The position numbers were made by a program, and so were the translations under genes. Below the pieces are notes generated by a model. The model searched no databases and had not been told where the DNA came from. It worked only from the letters and a program-made list of their open reading frames with translations. Positions 46,243-54,806 of a stretch of 54,806 nt of DNA are shown piece after piece; position 1 is the first letter of the stretch; each line of letters begins with the position of its first letter. This DNA comes from Candidatus Limnocylindrales bacterium (GTDB lineage Bacteria; Moduliflexota; Moduliflexia; Moduliflexales; JAUQPW01), in the NCBI GenBank assembly GCA_035559535.1, contig DATMBG010000033.1, forward strand, positions 125,573-180,378. The letters run 5' to 3'.

Positions 46243-48933
46243 TCAATCATTCCAGTTCCTACCCACATGAATATCTACTTTAATAGGTACAGACAATTCC
46301 AGAACCGTCTCCATACCTTCCTTAATCAGGGGTTTAACCAGTTCGACCTGGTTTTCAGGTACTTCAAAGACCAATTCGTCATGAACCTGCAAAATCATTT
46401 TAACTTCCGGAAATTTCTCTTTTAACTGCCGGTGAATTCGGATCATGGCAAGCTTAATCATATCGGCAGCGGTTCCCTGAATAGGAGTATTGGTGGCGGT
46501 TCGTTCCCCAAATTGTCGGGTACTCCAATCCTTGCTTTTGATTTCCGGGATATATCGGATTCGATTAAGCAAGGTCGTCACATAGCCTTCGGTTCGGGCC
46601 TTTTCTATCATTTTGTCCAGATATCTTTTAACACCTACATATCGGGCAAAATAGTTATTGATATACTGCTGAGCTTCCTTCGTGGAAATTCCTAAATCTT
46701 TAGAGAGGCTGAAACTTCCGATTCCATAAATAATTCCGAAATTGACGGCCTTTGCTTTCCGACGGAGTTCCGGGGTCATCTTGGAGGCATCTTTAACACC
46801 CAGGACTTCGATGGCCGTTCGGGTATGAATATCTTCATCCCGGCGGAAGGCCTCGATCAGTTTTTCATCTCCCGAAAGATGGGCTAAAATCCTCAATTCG
46901 ATTTGAGAATAGTCTGCCGACAGGAGAAGATACCCATCGGCGGGAATAAACGCCTGGCGGATACGACGACCGATAGGAGTCCGAATGGGAATATTTTGTA
47001 AGTTGGGATCACTACTGCTTAAACGGCCTGTAGCCGTCACAGTCTGGTTGTACGAGGTATGAATCCTCCCTGTCTGAGGGTGAACCATCTTCGGAAGAGC
47101 ATCCACATAGGTGGATTTGAGCTTCGAGAGCTGTCGATACTCTAAAATTTTGGAAGGGAGGGGATGCCCCTTGGCTAACTCTTCCAGGACATCCACATCG
47201 GTCGAGTACCCGGTTTTAGTTTTCCGGATGACCGGAAGTTTTAATTTCTCAAAAAGGATTTCTCCCAGTTGCTTCGGGGAATTCACATTAAATTCAACAC
47301 CGGCCAGGGTATAGATCTCTGAACTGAGTCGATCCAGCTCCTGGTCCAGTTCTTGGGATAAAACCGAAAGAAGGTTCAGATCGATCCGTACTCCATTCCG
47401 CTCCATCTGAGCCAGCACCTCAACCAGGGGCATTTCTACCTGATAAAAAAGTTTCTCCAGGTTTTTCTGTTGTAATTGGGGGCGCAGATGTTGAGTCAAC
47501 TGGAATACCAGATCTGCATCTTCACAACTATAACAGGCCACCTGATCTATAGGAGCCTGATCCATGGTAATCGCCTTAACCCCCGAGCCGACAACCTGTT
47601 TATAGGTCAAATTCCGCTTATATCCCAGATACTCCAGGGTGATATCTTCCAGATTATGGGTATGGCGGGAAGGGTTAAGGAGATAAGAAGCAATCATGGT
47701 GTCAAAATCCAGTCCTTGAAGATCGATCCCATAATTGGCAAGAACGATCTTATCGTATTTCATATTCTGGCCGTATTTAGCGATTTGAGCATCTTCCAGG
47801 AGTGGCTTCAACTTCGTCAGAACCTCTTTCAGATCCAGTTGAGCTGGAGTGTTTTCAGAGGTATGACCTACTGGGATGTAGAAAGCCTGGTTGGGTTTGA
47901 CCGAGAAAGAAATACCCACCAATTTCGCCCACATAGGCTCCGGGTGGGTTGTTTCGGTATCTATGGCAAATCCCTGGGAAGCCTTTAACGTATTGACTAT
48001 TTTATCTAATTGGGAGTGGGATAAAACGGTTACATATTCCTTAGAAGGGTTATTTTCAATTTTCTCCTCAGGGATCATCTCTTTCAAGATACTTTGGAAC
48101 TCTAATTCTTGAAGGAGGGGAATTAATTCCGATCGATTAGGTTCGGAGAGACGAAACTCTTCTAGATTCCATTCCACAGGGACATGAGTGTCTAAAGTCA
48201 CCAATTCTTTACTTTTTAAAGCCACTTCACCGTATTGTTTTAAATTTTCTCGTTGCCTGGCATTTTTGATTTTATCGACGTTTCGGAGAAGTTCTTCCAC
48301 AGAACCATATTCCTGGATAAGCTTACCCGCCGTCTTTTCCCCGATACCCGGGACCCCTGGAACATTATCGCTCTGATCTCCCATCAATCCCAGAACATCT
48401 GGAATTTTCTCAGGTTCCACACCATACCGTTCCTTGACCTTTTCCACGTCATAAAGGACCCGGTGACCCATACGTTCACTTACGACCTGGATTTTATCTG
48501 AGACCAATTGGAGGAAATCTTTGTCCGGGCTGAAGATAATGGTACGAATTCCCATCTGTTCAGCTTTTTTGGCCAGTGTTCCAATCACATCATCCGCTTC
48601 ATACCCCGGAATCTCCAGGATAGGGATATTAAGGGCCCGAATAAATCTCTTAATGTAAGGAATCTGTTGGACGAGGTCTGAAGGCATTCTGGAACGTTGG
48701 GCCTTATAGGCTGTAAACAACTCATGTCGAAAGGTAGGGGTCGCTGCATCGAAAACAACCGCCATATATTCAGGTTTCTCCTCTTTAAGAAGTTTCAGAA
48801 TGATCCGGGAAAAGCCTAGAATAGCCCAGGTAGGAAGACCCGTTGAAGTAGATAGGGGAGTCTGAATGGCATAATAAAGCCGGTAAATACTAGAATTTCC
48901 ATCTATTAGATATAAGGTTGGAGGTGAATCCAT
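46243..48933 (-). CDS. polA: DNA polymerase I
   Basis: 5'-3' exonuclease (LIDGNS, EADDVIG, GDQSDNVPGVPGIGEKTA), 3'-5' exonuclease (IDTETT), polymerase motifs (TGRLSSSDPNLQNIP, DYSQIELR, RRKAKAVNFGIIYG, QVHDEL). Confidence 0.98.
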   Translation of the reverse strand: MDSPPTLYLIDGNSSIYRLYYAIQTPLSTSTGLPTWAILGFSRIILKLLKEEKPEYMAVVFDAATPTFRHELFTAYKAQRSRMPSDLVQQIPYIKRFIRALNIPILEIPGYEADDVIGTLAKKAEQMGIRTIIFSPDKDFLQLVSDKIQVVSERMGHRVLYDVEKVKERYGVEPEKIPDVLGLMGDQSDNVPGVPGIGEKTAGKLIQEYGSVEELLRNVDKIKNARQRENLKQYGEVALKSKELVTLDTHVPVEWNLEEFRLSEPNRSELIPLLQELEFQSILKEMIPEEKIENNPSKEYVTVLSHSQLDKIVNTLKASQGFAIDTETTHPEPMWAKLVGISFSVKPNQAFYIPVGHTSENTPAQLDLKEVLTKLKPLLEDAQIAKYGQNMKYDKIVLANYGIDLQGLDFDTMIASYLLNPSRHTHNLEDITLEYLGYKRNLTYKQVVGSGVKAITMDQAPIDQVACYSCEDADLVFQLTQHLRPQLQQKNLEKLFYQVEMPLVEVLAQMERNGVRIDLNLLSVLSQELDQELDRLSSEIYTLAGVEFNVNSPKQLGEILFEKLKLPVIRKTKTGYSTDVDVLEELAKGHPLPSKILEYRQLSKLKSTYVDALPKMVHPQTGRIHTSYNQTVTATGRLSSSDPNLQNIPIRTPIGRRIRQAFIPADGYLLLSADYSQIELRILAHLSGDEKLIEAFRRDEDIHTRTAIEVLGVKDASKMTPELRRKAKAVNFGIIYGIGSFSLSKDLGISTKEAQQYINNYFARYVGVKRYLDKMIEKARTEGYVTTLLNRIRYIPEIKSKDWSTRQFGERTATNTPIQGTAADMIKLAMIRIHRQLKEKFPEVKMILQVHDELVFEVPENQVELVKPLIKEGMETVLELSVPIKVDIHVGRNWND

Positions 48934-49061
48934 ACTTAATTTATCCCACCTTTCTGAAGGAAAGTCAAGGATTTATTTGGGTAGAAAATACTTTAAGTTG
49001 GGGTAGTTTTTCTGTTTTATTGGAGAGAAGGAAGAGGATTCTGAAAAACGGGGTGGTAAGG

Positions 49062-49234
49062 CATGGGCGCCGGGATAAGAGTGAGATCCAGGAAGGGCCC
49101 CCTTTAATGTCAAACGAGATGTTTAACCTACTAACCTTCCCCCGCCTGGCAGGGGAAGGAACTTTGAAGTGGAGTTCCTTCCCCTGTGAAACCAGGGAGG
49201 GACCGGGTGAGGATGCCTTAACCTGGTGCGTATG
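49062..49234 (-). mobile_element. 173-bp MITE-like element, copy 2
   Basis: Reverse-complement homolog of 6038-6210 with the same length and terminal IRs. Confidence 0.75.
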
Positions 49235-49243
49235 GGGTTGTGG

Positions 49244-49269
49244 AGGAGCCGGTTCAAATACCGGCTCCC
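49244..49269 (-). terminator. hairpin downstream of cyclase gene (possible terminator)
   Basis: ggagccggt-tcaaat-accggctcc stem about 20 bp after the stop; no clear U-tract. Confidence 0.35.
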
Positions 49270-49285
49270 AGGGGAAGAGTCTATT

Positions 49286-50383
49286 TTACCAGGCTACAAC
49301 CGGATTACCCGGTGATCCGGTAGCCCCTACCAATCTCAGGGGTGACCAGGCAAATAAAAATTCGTAGGCCTTTTCCTTGGATAACACCTCCAGATCCAGG
49401 TTTTCGAAATTACCTATTCCCCGACGGGCTACCAGATTCATGTGACAATAGGCAAAGGGTTCCGGAGCCGGATTTTTTGCAAAATCATAGGGCTCCAACC
49501 CCCAGGTATCAGAACCAATCATGGAAATCTTTTTGCTGGCCAGGTAGTCGCATACTTCTGGAGCCACCCCCGGCTCTCCGGAGCCAAACTCAGCATTAGC
49601 CTTGGCCATATCGGCCGGAGAAACCTTATCCGAGGGTCTTATTCCATCTGCATCCATATACCCCTTCCACAGTTGTATCCAACCGGTGCGAACCAGTACT
49701 ACATCTCCCTGGGTCGGTTCACCAATTCCTTCTTTTTGTAGAGCTGCCTTAAAATCGGCCATGGTAATGGTATAACCCTTTTCCAATCGCTCGACCCCTT
49801 TTAAGGCAGGAATGTCAATGAGAATGCCCCGGGTAAAGTAACCTTTATGGGCAATGGTCTCCACACCGTCATATTTTAATCCACGACCGTTGAAGGTATC
49901 CTGCAAACGATGGCCGTTATACATGTAATCTCCATCTTTCCAGCCCGGGACCCCTTGAATCCGAATCATGGGATGACCGATACTATCAAATTGGGTACCA
50001 ACCTGACCAATCTCTGCAACCAGAAACTCGTCATTGAAGGTCATCTTATATTGATCGCCTTGCCACTTAAAAGGGCCATGGAGTGGATTTCCGCCGCCAG
50101 GAATGGATAAGGCATAGGTACGACCGGGTACTAAGGGCATACCGTTATGATAGGGCATTCCAATGGTAATGGATTTTCCTTGTTTAACCAGTTTTGCTGC
50201 TTCAATCCTCTTCTGGGGTGTGATATAATTGGTCGCACCCGCCTGATCATCGGGACCAAACTCGCTGGGCCACCACTTTTCATCCACCGGATTGTTGGCT
50301 GCTAAAGCACGATCAGGTGTGGAAATAAATAGAAAGGCAACGACAAGGAGAGAAATTACGAAAATAGCTTTGATAATTTTCAT
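49286..50383 (-). CDS. secreted cyclase-family (kynurenine formamidase-like) metallohydrolase, paralog 1
   Basis: GGAGG SD; signal peptide; GPDDQAGA.N, QVGTQFDSIGH, RGILID, DVVLVRTGW, GSDTW, FENLDL, PLRLVGATGSP. Confidence 0.88.
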   Translation of the reverse strand: MKIIKAIFVISLLVVAFLFISTPDRALAANNPVDEKWWPSEFGPDDQAGATNYITPQKRIEAAKLVKQGKSITIGMPYHNGMPLVPGRTYALSIPGGGNPLHGPFKWQGDQYKMTFNDEFLVAEIGQVGTQFDSIGHPMIRIQGVPGWKDGDYMYNGHRLQDTFNGRGLKYDGVETIAHKGYFTRGILIDIPALKGVERLEKGYTITMADFKAALQKEGIGEPTQGDVVLVRTGWIQLWKGYMDADGIRPSDKVSPADMAKANAEFGSGEPGVAPEVCDYLASKKISMIGSDTWGLEPYDFAKNPAPEPFAYCHMNLVARRGIGNFENLDLEVLSKEKAYEFLFAWSPLRLVGATGSPGNPVVAW

Positions 50384-50921
50384 ACCTCAACCTCCTACAA
50401 GGAACTAACATAGACTTCCCCCCCTACCTTGTTTCCTTAGGGTAGTGAGTCTATCTGGTAAAGGTTTCCGTTATTTAATCCTAGCTAAATAAGAAGAATT
50501 CTTTTCAGTAATCAGGACTTCAGATGAAACCGTAAAGTTTTGTAAGTTGCCATCACCCCCTTTCAAAGATCCCTTTTTACTCGGGAAATTTTTTAAAAGA
50601 TCGACCTCTCAAATTGACATGATTTGCATGTGGCGTCAACTACAAAGTTATTTTCTCTGAATAATTTGATCTCTCAATTTCCCAAAACGATCCTCTGTTA
50701 TTTGAAAAGGTACCCTCGGTTACGTTCTATCTGCCGTATTACGATTTTTATATTCGTAATACTCTTCCCTGTCAACTCTAAACTTTCATTCTTTTATCTT
50801 TTTATGGAATTGGGTATCTTTGTTCTACGAAAAGAGGAGCAAGAAATCCTCTCCTGAAGGAATTTTGCCGTTGTTCTTTTTATTTATTTTAAATGAACAG
50901 CGATAGAGGATACCGCATAAA

Positions 50922-50980
50922 CATGTACGGGCGGAAGGCCTTCCGCCCCATGTACGGGCGGAGGGCCCTCCGCCCCTACC
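50922..50980. repeat. two tandem REP-like palindromes
   Basis: catgtacgggcggaaggccttccgccc and catgtacgggcggagggccctccgcccctac. Confidence 0.7.
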
Positions 50981-51067
50981 GACATGGAAATTTTTGATGG
51001 GAGAAAAGACGGTCATCAGGGGAATGGGAGCCGGAGGTGCCCCAGGCTCTTATAGAGAACAGGTGTC

Positions 51068-52159
51068 TTACCAGACAACAATTGGATTACCCGGAGATCC
51101 TGTAGCACCAACTAATTTGAGAGGAGCCCAGGAAAACAGGAACTCATAGACTTTTTCTTTAGATAACCCTTCCATATCGATATTCTCGAAAATAGAGATC
51201 CCACGTCGAAGAATCAGGTTAACATGGCAAGGAGCAAAGGGTTCAGGAGAAGGATTTTTGGCAAAATCGAAAGGCTCCACGGATCCCTGGTCTACCAGCA
51301 TCATAGAGATTTTTCTGCTTGCCAGGTACTCACAGAGTTCCGGAGAAACTCCCGGTTCGCCGGAGCCGAATTCAGCATTGGCCTTTGCCACCTCAGCAGG
51401 GCTACCTTTAATTCTTAATCCTTTCTCATCCAGGTAGCTTTTCCATAATTGGATCCAACCGGTACGGATAAGCACGACATCTCCCTGGGTCGCATCTCCA
51501 ATTCCTTCCTTTTGTAAGGCTGCCTTATAATCATCCACCGTAATGGCATAACCTTTTTCCAATCGAGCTACCCCCTTTACCATGGGAACATCGATAAGAA
51601 TACCCCGGGTAAAGTAACCAATATTGGCTGCATGTTCAACCCCATTTACCTGTAATCCACGGGCGTTGGGATAGTCTTCCAACCGACGTTTGTTGTACAT
51701 GTAGTTCCCATCTTTCCAGCCTTCCACACCCTGAATACGCATCATGGGGTGACCCAGGCCGTCATATTGCGTTCCAACCTGTCCAATCTCGGCGGTTACG
51801 ATTTCATCATTAAAAGTCTCCTTGAATTTATCGCCTTGCCAATTCAGAGGACCATGGAGGGGTTGCCCGGCACCTGGAATCATCAAGGTATAGGTACGCC
51901 CAGGAATCAGGGGCATACCCTGCTGATAAGGCATCCCGATGGTAAGCGATTTTCCTTGCTTAACCAGTTTTGCTGCCTCAATCCTCTTCTGGGGGGTAAT
52001 ATAATTGACCGCGCCGGCTTGGTCATCGGGACCAAACTCGCTGGGCCACCACTTTTCATCCACCGGATTGTTAGCTGCCTTAACCCTTATAGACATAAAA
52101 CCCGCTATTGTTACAACGGTTATTGCAAAAATCATCGCTAAACTCGTAATTCTTCTCAT
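51068..52159 (-). CDS. secreted cyclase-family metallohydrolase, paralog 2
   Basis: Start MRRITSL (52159, AGGAG SD); mature part collinear with paralog 1 (identical AANNPVDEKWWPSEFGPDDQAGA); QVGTQYDGLGH. Confidence 0.88.
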   Translation of the reverse strand: MRRITSLAMIFAITVVTIAGFMSIRVKAANNPVDEKWWPSEFGPDDQAGAVNYITPQKRIEAAKLVKQGKSLTIGMPYQQGMPLIPGRTYTLMIPGAGQPLHGPLNWQGDKFKETFNDEIVTAEIGQVGTQYDGLGHPMMRIQGVEGWKDGNYMYNKRRLEDYPNARGLQVNGVEHAANIGYFTRGILIDVPMVKGVARLEKGYAITVDDYKAALQKEGIGDATQGDVVLIRTGWIQLWKSYLDEKGLRIKGSPAEVAKANAEFGSGEPGVSPELCEYLASRKISMMLVDQGSVEPFDFAKNPSPEPFAPCHVNLILRRGISIFENIDMEGLSKEKVYEFLFSWAPLKLVGATGSPGNPIVVW

Positions 52160-52652
52160 ACAAGGTCTCCTGGTTATTGGAAATAGTTTGTCAACAAATA
52201 CCACTTCCCTTCTCAATGGTGGGAAATTCATTTGTTAACACCCTTTCCTCTTCAAGGATCAAAGGAAGTAGAATCTCTTTTTCTGAGGGATTATGACTGG
52301 ATAGTCCAGAAACATTGGTCTGTTAGTTTCCATCACCTCCTTTTGGAAATCGTTTCTCAGGTAGGAGATCTCACAGATCATACATAGCATTGACATAACC
52401 TATTTCTGATGTCAATGATAAATTCTATTTTATATTATATTTGAAAAATTTAAGACTTTCTTCTGCCCGGCTAAGGACTTTAAGTAGGAGATTTTTTGGA
52501 GGTAGGCTGTATCCTGTTTTATCAAAGGGCTCAAAGCAACGGGGAAGGAACTTTCCCTGAAATGACTCTAAAAATTTACCCTTGTCAGAAGCTACAAGGG
52601 GTTTATAGAAGTGTCCTTAAAACTACCCTTTTTAGCAAAATGGTGGTCAGTT

Positions 52653-53414
52653 TTACGTTTCCAATCCCGTTAATACCACTTTGGTTCCGTCTACTTCTCG
52701 AACCGATACCCGAATCTGATACACCTTACTTAAGTTCTCCTCCGACAGGACCTCCTGGACACGACCCGTTAAAACCCTTTCACCCAAAATAGCTATGTGT
52801 TGTGCATAATTGATCATCAGATTAAGGTTATGGGTAGCCATCAGGATACTCAGATGGTTCTGATCATGGAGGGTTTTAATCAACTTCATCATGTTCCACT
52901 CTGAAGTTAAATCCATCCCACTGGTAGGTTCATCCAACACCAGGATCTGAGGTTCTGCTGCCAGGGCCCGGGCAATGAGCGTGCGTTGTTTCTGACCTCC
53001 GGAGAGTTCTTGAAAAAGTTTTGAAGCAAGATGAGCTATCCCCACATAATCTAAACTTCTCAGGGCAATTTGTCGGTCCAGTTTTCCGGGTTTTCTTCCG
53101 GGCCCTAACTTTTTAAACCGACCCATAAGAACAATCTCCATAACAGAAAGGGGAAAGATCTGATCTACTTCGCTATGTTGAGGAACATATCCCAGGGAAA
53201 GTTCCCGGGAGCCTTTCGGTGAAATCGTAAGAATCTTTCCCTGCAAGGGCCGCAAAACTCCAAGAATGGCCTTTAAGAGGGTCGTTTTTCCCGATCCATT
53301 TGGCCCTACAATTCCAAAAAAATCCCCTTCCTGAATCACAAGGTTTAGATTTTTCAATACAATACGGTTACCGTAACCAAGGGTTACGTCTTTAAACTCA
53401 ATAAGGGGCTTCAA
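52653..53414 (-). CDS. metal (Zn/Mn) ABC transporter ATP-binding protein (ZnuC-like)
   Basis: GPNGSGKTT, GYVPQ, FPLSV.EIVLMGR, LSGGQKQR, LDEPT. Confidence 0.9.
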   Translation of the reverse strand: MKPLIEFKDVTLGYGNRIVLKNLNLVIQEGDFFGIVGPNGSGKTTLLKAILGVLRPLQGKILTISPKGSRELSLGYVPQHSEVDQIFPLSVMEIVLMGRFKKLGPGRKPGKLDRQIALRSLDYVGIAHLASKLFQELSGGQKQRTLIARALAAEPQILVLDEPTSGMDLTSEWNMMKLIKTLHDQNHLSILMATHNLNLMINYAQHIAILGERVLTGRVQEVLSEENLSKVYQIRVSVREVDGTKVVLTGLET

Positions 53415-53535
53415 AAATCTGCTCCTTGCAAAATAAAGGGCGTCGCCGGGGAAGGAGAATTTTATTATTATCCAGCCCCGGCAGTTGCCGATTTTCTACC
53501 TTCAAGTAAAGGTAAAGTTATTTCACCACTTTACT

Positions 53536-54528
53536 TCACTTGGAAATTTCCAAAATATCAATCCCCCAGGGAAGTTCCCCCACCGGAATCATGGTTAAGA
53601 CTTTGTTGGAAGCCGTATCTATAACCGCTACCGAGTTGGTTCGACCCACGGTTACATAAAGTTTCTTTCCATCTGGAGTCAAAGCAACCCACCAAGCCCT
53701 TATCCCCTGCTGCGGACCCTGGATCGGAATCGAGGTGATCAGTTTGAGTGTTGTTGCATCCAGAACTCTGACCTCATCCGAACGCCCATGGGCTATATAA
53801 AGTTTCTTTCCATCTGGAGAAACAGCTATTCCCACAGGCCTCTCTCCTAACTTAACGGTCTTTATCACCTGGTTCTTCTCCGGGTCAATCACATAAAGAT
53901 CTCCCGAGCGTTCGTTGGATACATAGGCCCTTTTTCCATCTGGAGAAAAAGCCACACCCCGTGGATTTTGTCCCACGGGAATTTTTGCAATAACCTTGTG
54001 TTCTTGGGTAGAGATTACATAGACATCGTTGGAGCTTTCGTGAGGAACATAGGCTTTCGTTCCGTCGGGGCTGATCACCACGGTTTCTGGCTCCAGACCC
54101 ACGGGAATGTCGGCCAACTGTTTATGGTCGGGTAATCCTAAAACTCTGGTAAATGCTCCATTTTCACTGACAATATAGAGCTGCTTACCATCCGGAGTAA
54201 TATCCAGCCCTTCAGGATCTTCAGGGCCTGGAATTGTGTCGATCACTTTATTCGTGGCAATATCAATTATGGTGATATCGTTGGAATTACCATTGGATAC
54301 ATAGGCTTTAGTTTTATCGGGTGTAATAACAATACCCCGGGGTCTCTTACCTACGGATATCTTAGTGATGACCTTATCGGTCGTTATATCAATCACATGG
54401 ACATCATTGGATTTTTCATTGGTAACATAGGCCCGAAGTTGACCCTGTGCAGAACTGGAATTAAAGGATGAAGCGAAGGTGAGAAGGAAACTCACCACCG
54501 AGCAAATAAGTTTAAATCGGTATTTCAT
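53536..54528 (-). CDS. exported YVTN-repeat beta-propeller protein
   Basis: Signal peptide from MKYRFK (54528); about 7 repeats of the type AYVTNE.S..V.VID....VI..I.VG..P.GI...PDG. Confidence 0.9.
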   Translation of the reverse strand: MKYRFKLICSVVSFLLTFASSFNSSSAQGQLRAYVTNEKSNDVHVIDITTDKVITKISVGKRPRGIVITPDKTKAYVSNGNSNDITIIDIATNKVIDTIPGPEDPEGLDITPDGKQLYIVSENGAFTRVLGLPDHKQLADIPVGLEPETVVISPDGTKAYVPHESSNDVYVISTQEHKVIAKIPVGQNPRGVAFSPDGKRAYVSNERSGDLYVIDPEKNQVIKTVKLGERPVGIAVSPDGKKLYIAHGRSDEVRVLDATTLKLITSIPIQGPQQGIRAWWVALTPDGKKLYVTVGRTNSVAVIDTASNKVLTMIPVGELPWGIDILEISK

Positions 54529-54649
54529 TTCCCTTCCTTTCTGTATGCAGAGGATGCGAGTCAAACGAATTATCCGAAAAATCCTTTCTCCGAACTCATT
54601 CGTAAAACTCGCAGAACCGCCTACGGGTTGGTTAAACCGTCTTTTTTGT

Positions 54650-54806
54650 TTAACAACATTTAACCGCTTCATTGAGCTTGGCGATCAAATAATCAAACAA
54701 AGCAAAATAATCCTTAGCCTCAGGTACCCCCTCCACATGGGCCGGAAGCATGTAAACCTTGGCCCCAGTCTGACTGGCCACAAAGTTGGGAATCTTGTCC
54801 GGATAG
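54650..54806 (-). CDS. metal ABC transporter substrate-binding protein, C-terminal fragment
   Basis: Manual translation YPDKIPNFVASQTGAKVYMLPAHVEGVPEAKDYFALFDYLIAKLNEAVKCC*; resembles the ZnuA-family C-terminus and fits the context upstream of the ZnuC-like gene. Confidence 0.65.
   Translation of the reverse strand, partial: YPDKIPNFVASQTGAKVYMLPAHVEGVPEAKDYFALFDYLIAKLNEAVKCC

Noticed and set aside
48918-49367. ORFs 48918..49367 and 6037..6231 with similar translations
   Set aside because: The similarity comes from the shared 173-bp non-coding element; no common start or stop.

Overview
A 54.8 kb bacterial chromosomal segment, probably from a diderm (AsmA, OmpA and RND adaptor genes). It is mostly housekeeping and metabolic: acyl-CoA dehydrogenase and ADP-forming acyl-CoA synthetase, a liv-type ABC transporter, dnaB-alr-yqeB, tRNA-Leu(GAG), an ECF sigma/anti-sigma envelope cluster, gshA-hemE-hemH-hemY-nifS, polA, two secreted cyclase-family paralogs and part of a metal ABC locus. 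The main accessory element is a four-gene type I Zorya anti-phage operon (zorABCD, 27862-35146). Its zorB is interrupted by one in-frame TAG (29940-29942), while the rest of zorB and all partner genes are intact. Intergenic DNA holds several families of small repeats: inverted GTRTGGRA octamer arrays (7 loci), GTAG-type REP palindromes, a 173-bp MITE-like element in two copies, and a nested repeat stack at about 39.1-39.4 kb. Other observations: a candidate kissing-loop/terminator leader RNA upstream of the liv genes, a shared TTGAC-N16-GTCAA box and homologous leader upstream of both cyclase paralogs, and an RND adaptor with three 32-aa repeats on each arm of its helical hairpin. All calls come from reading the sequence and recognising motifs; no database searches were run.
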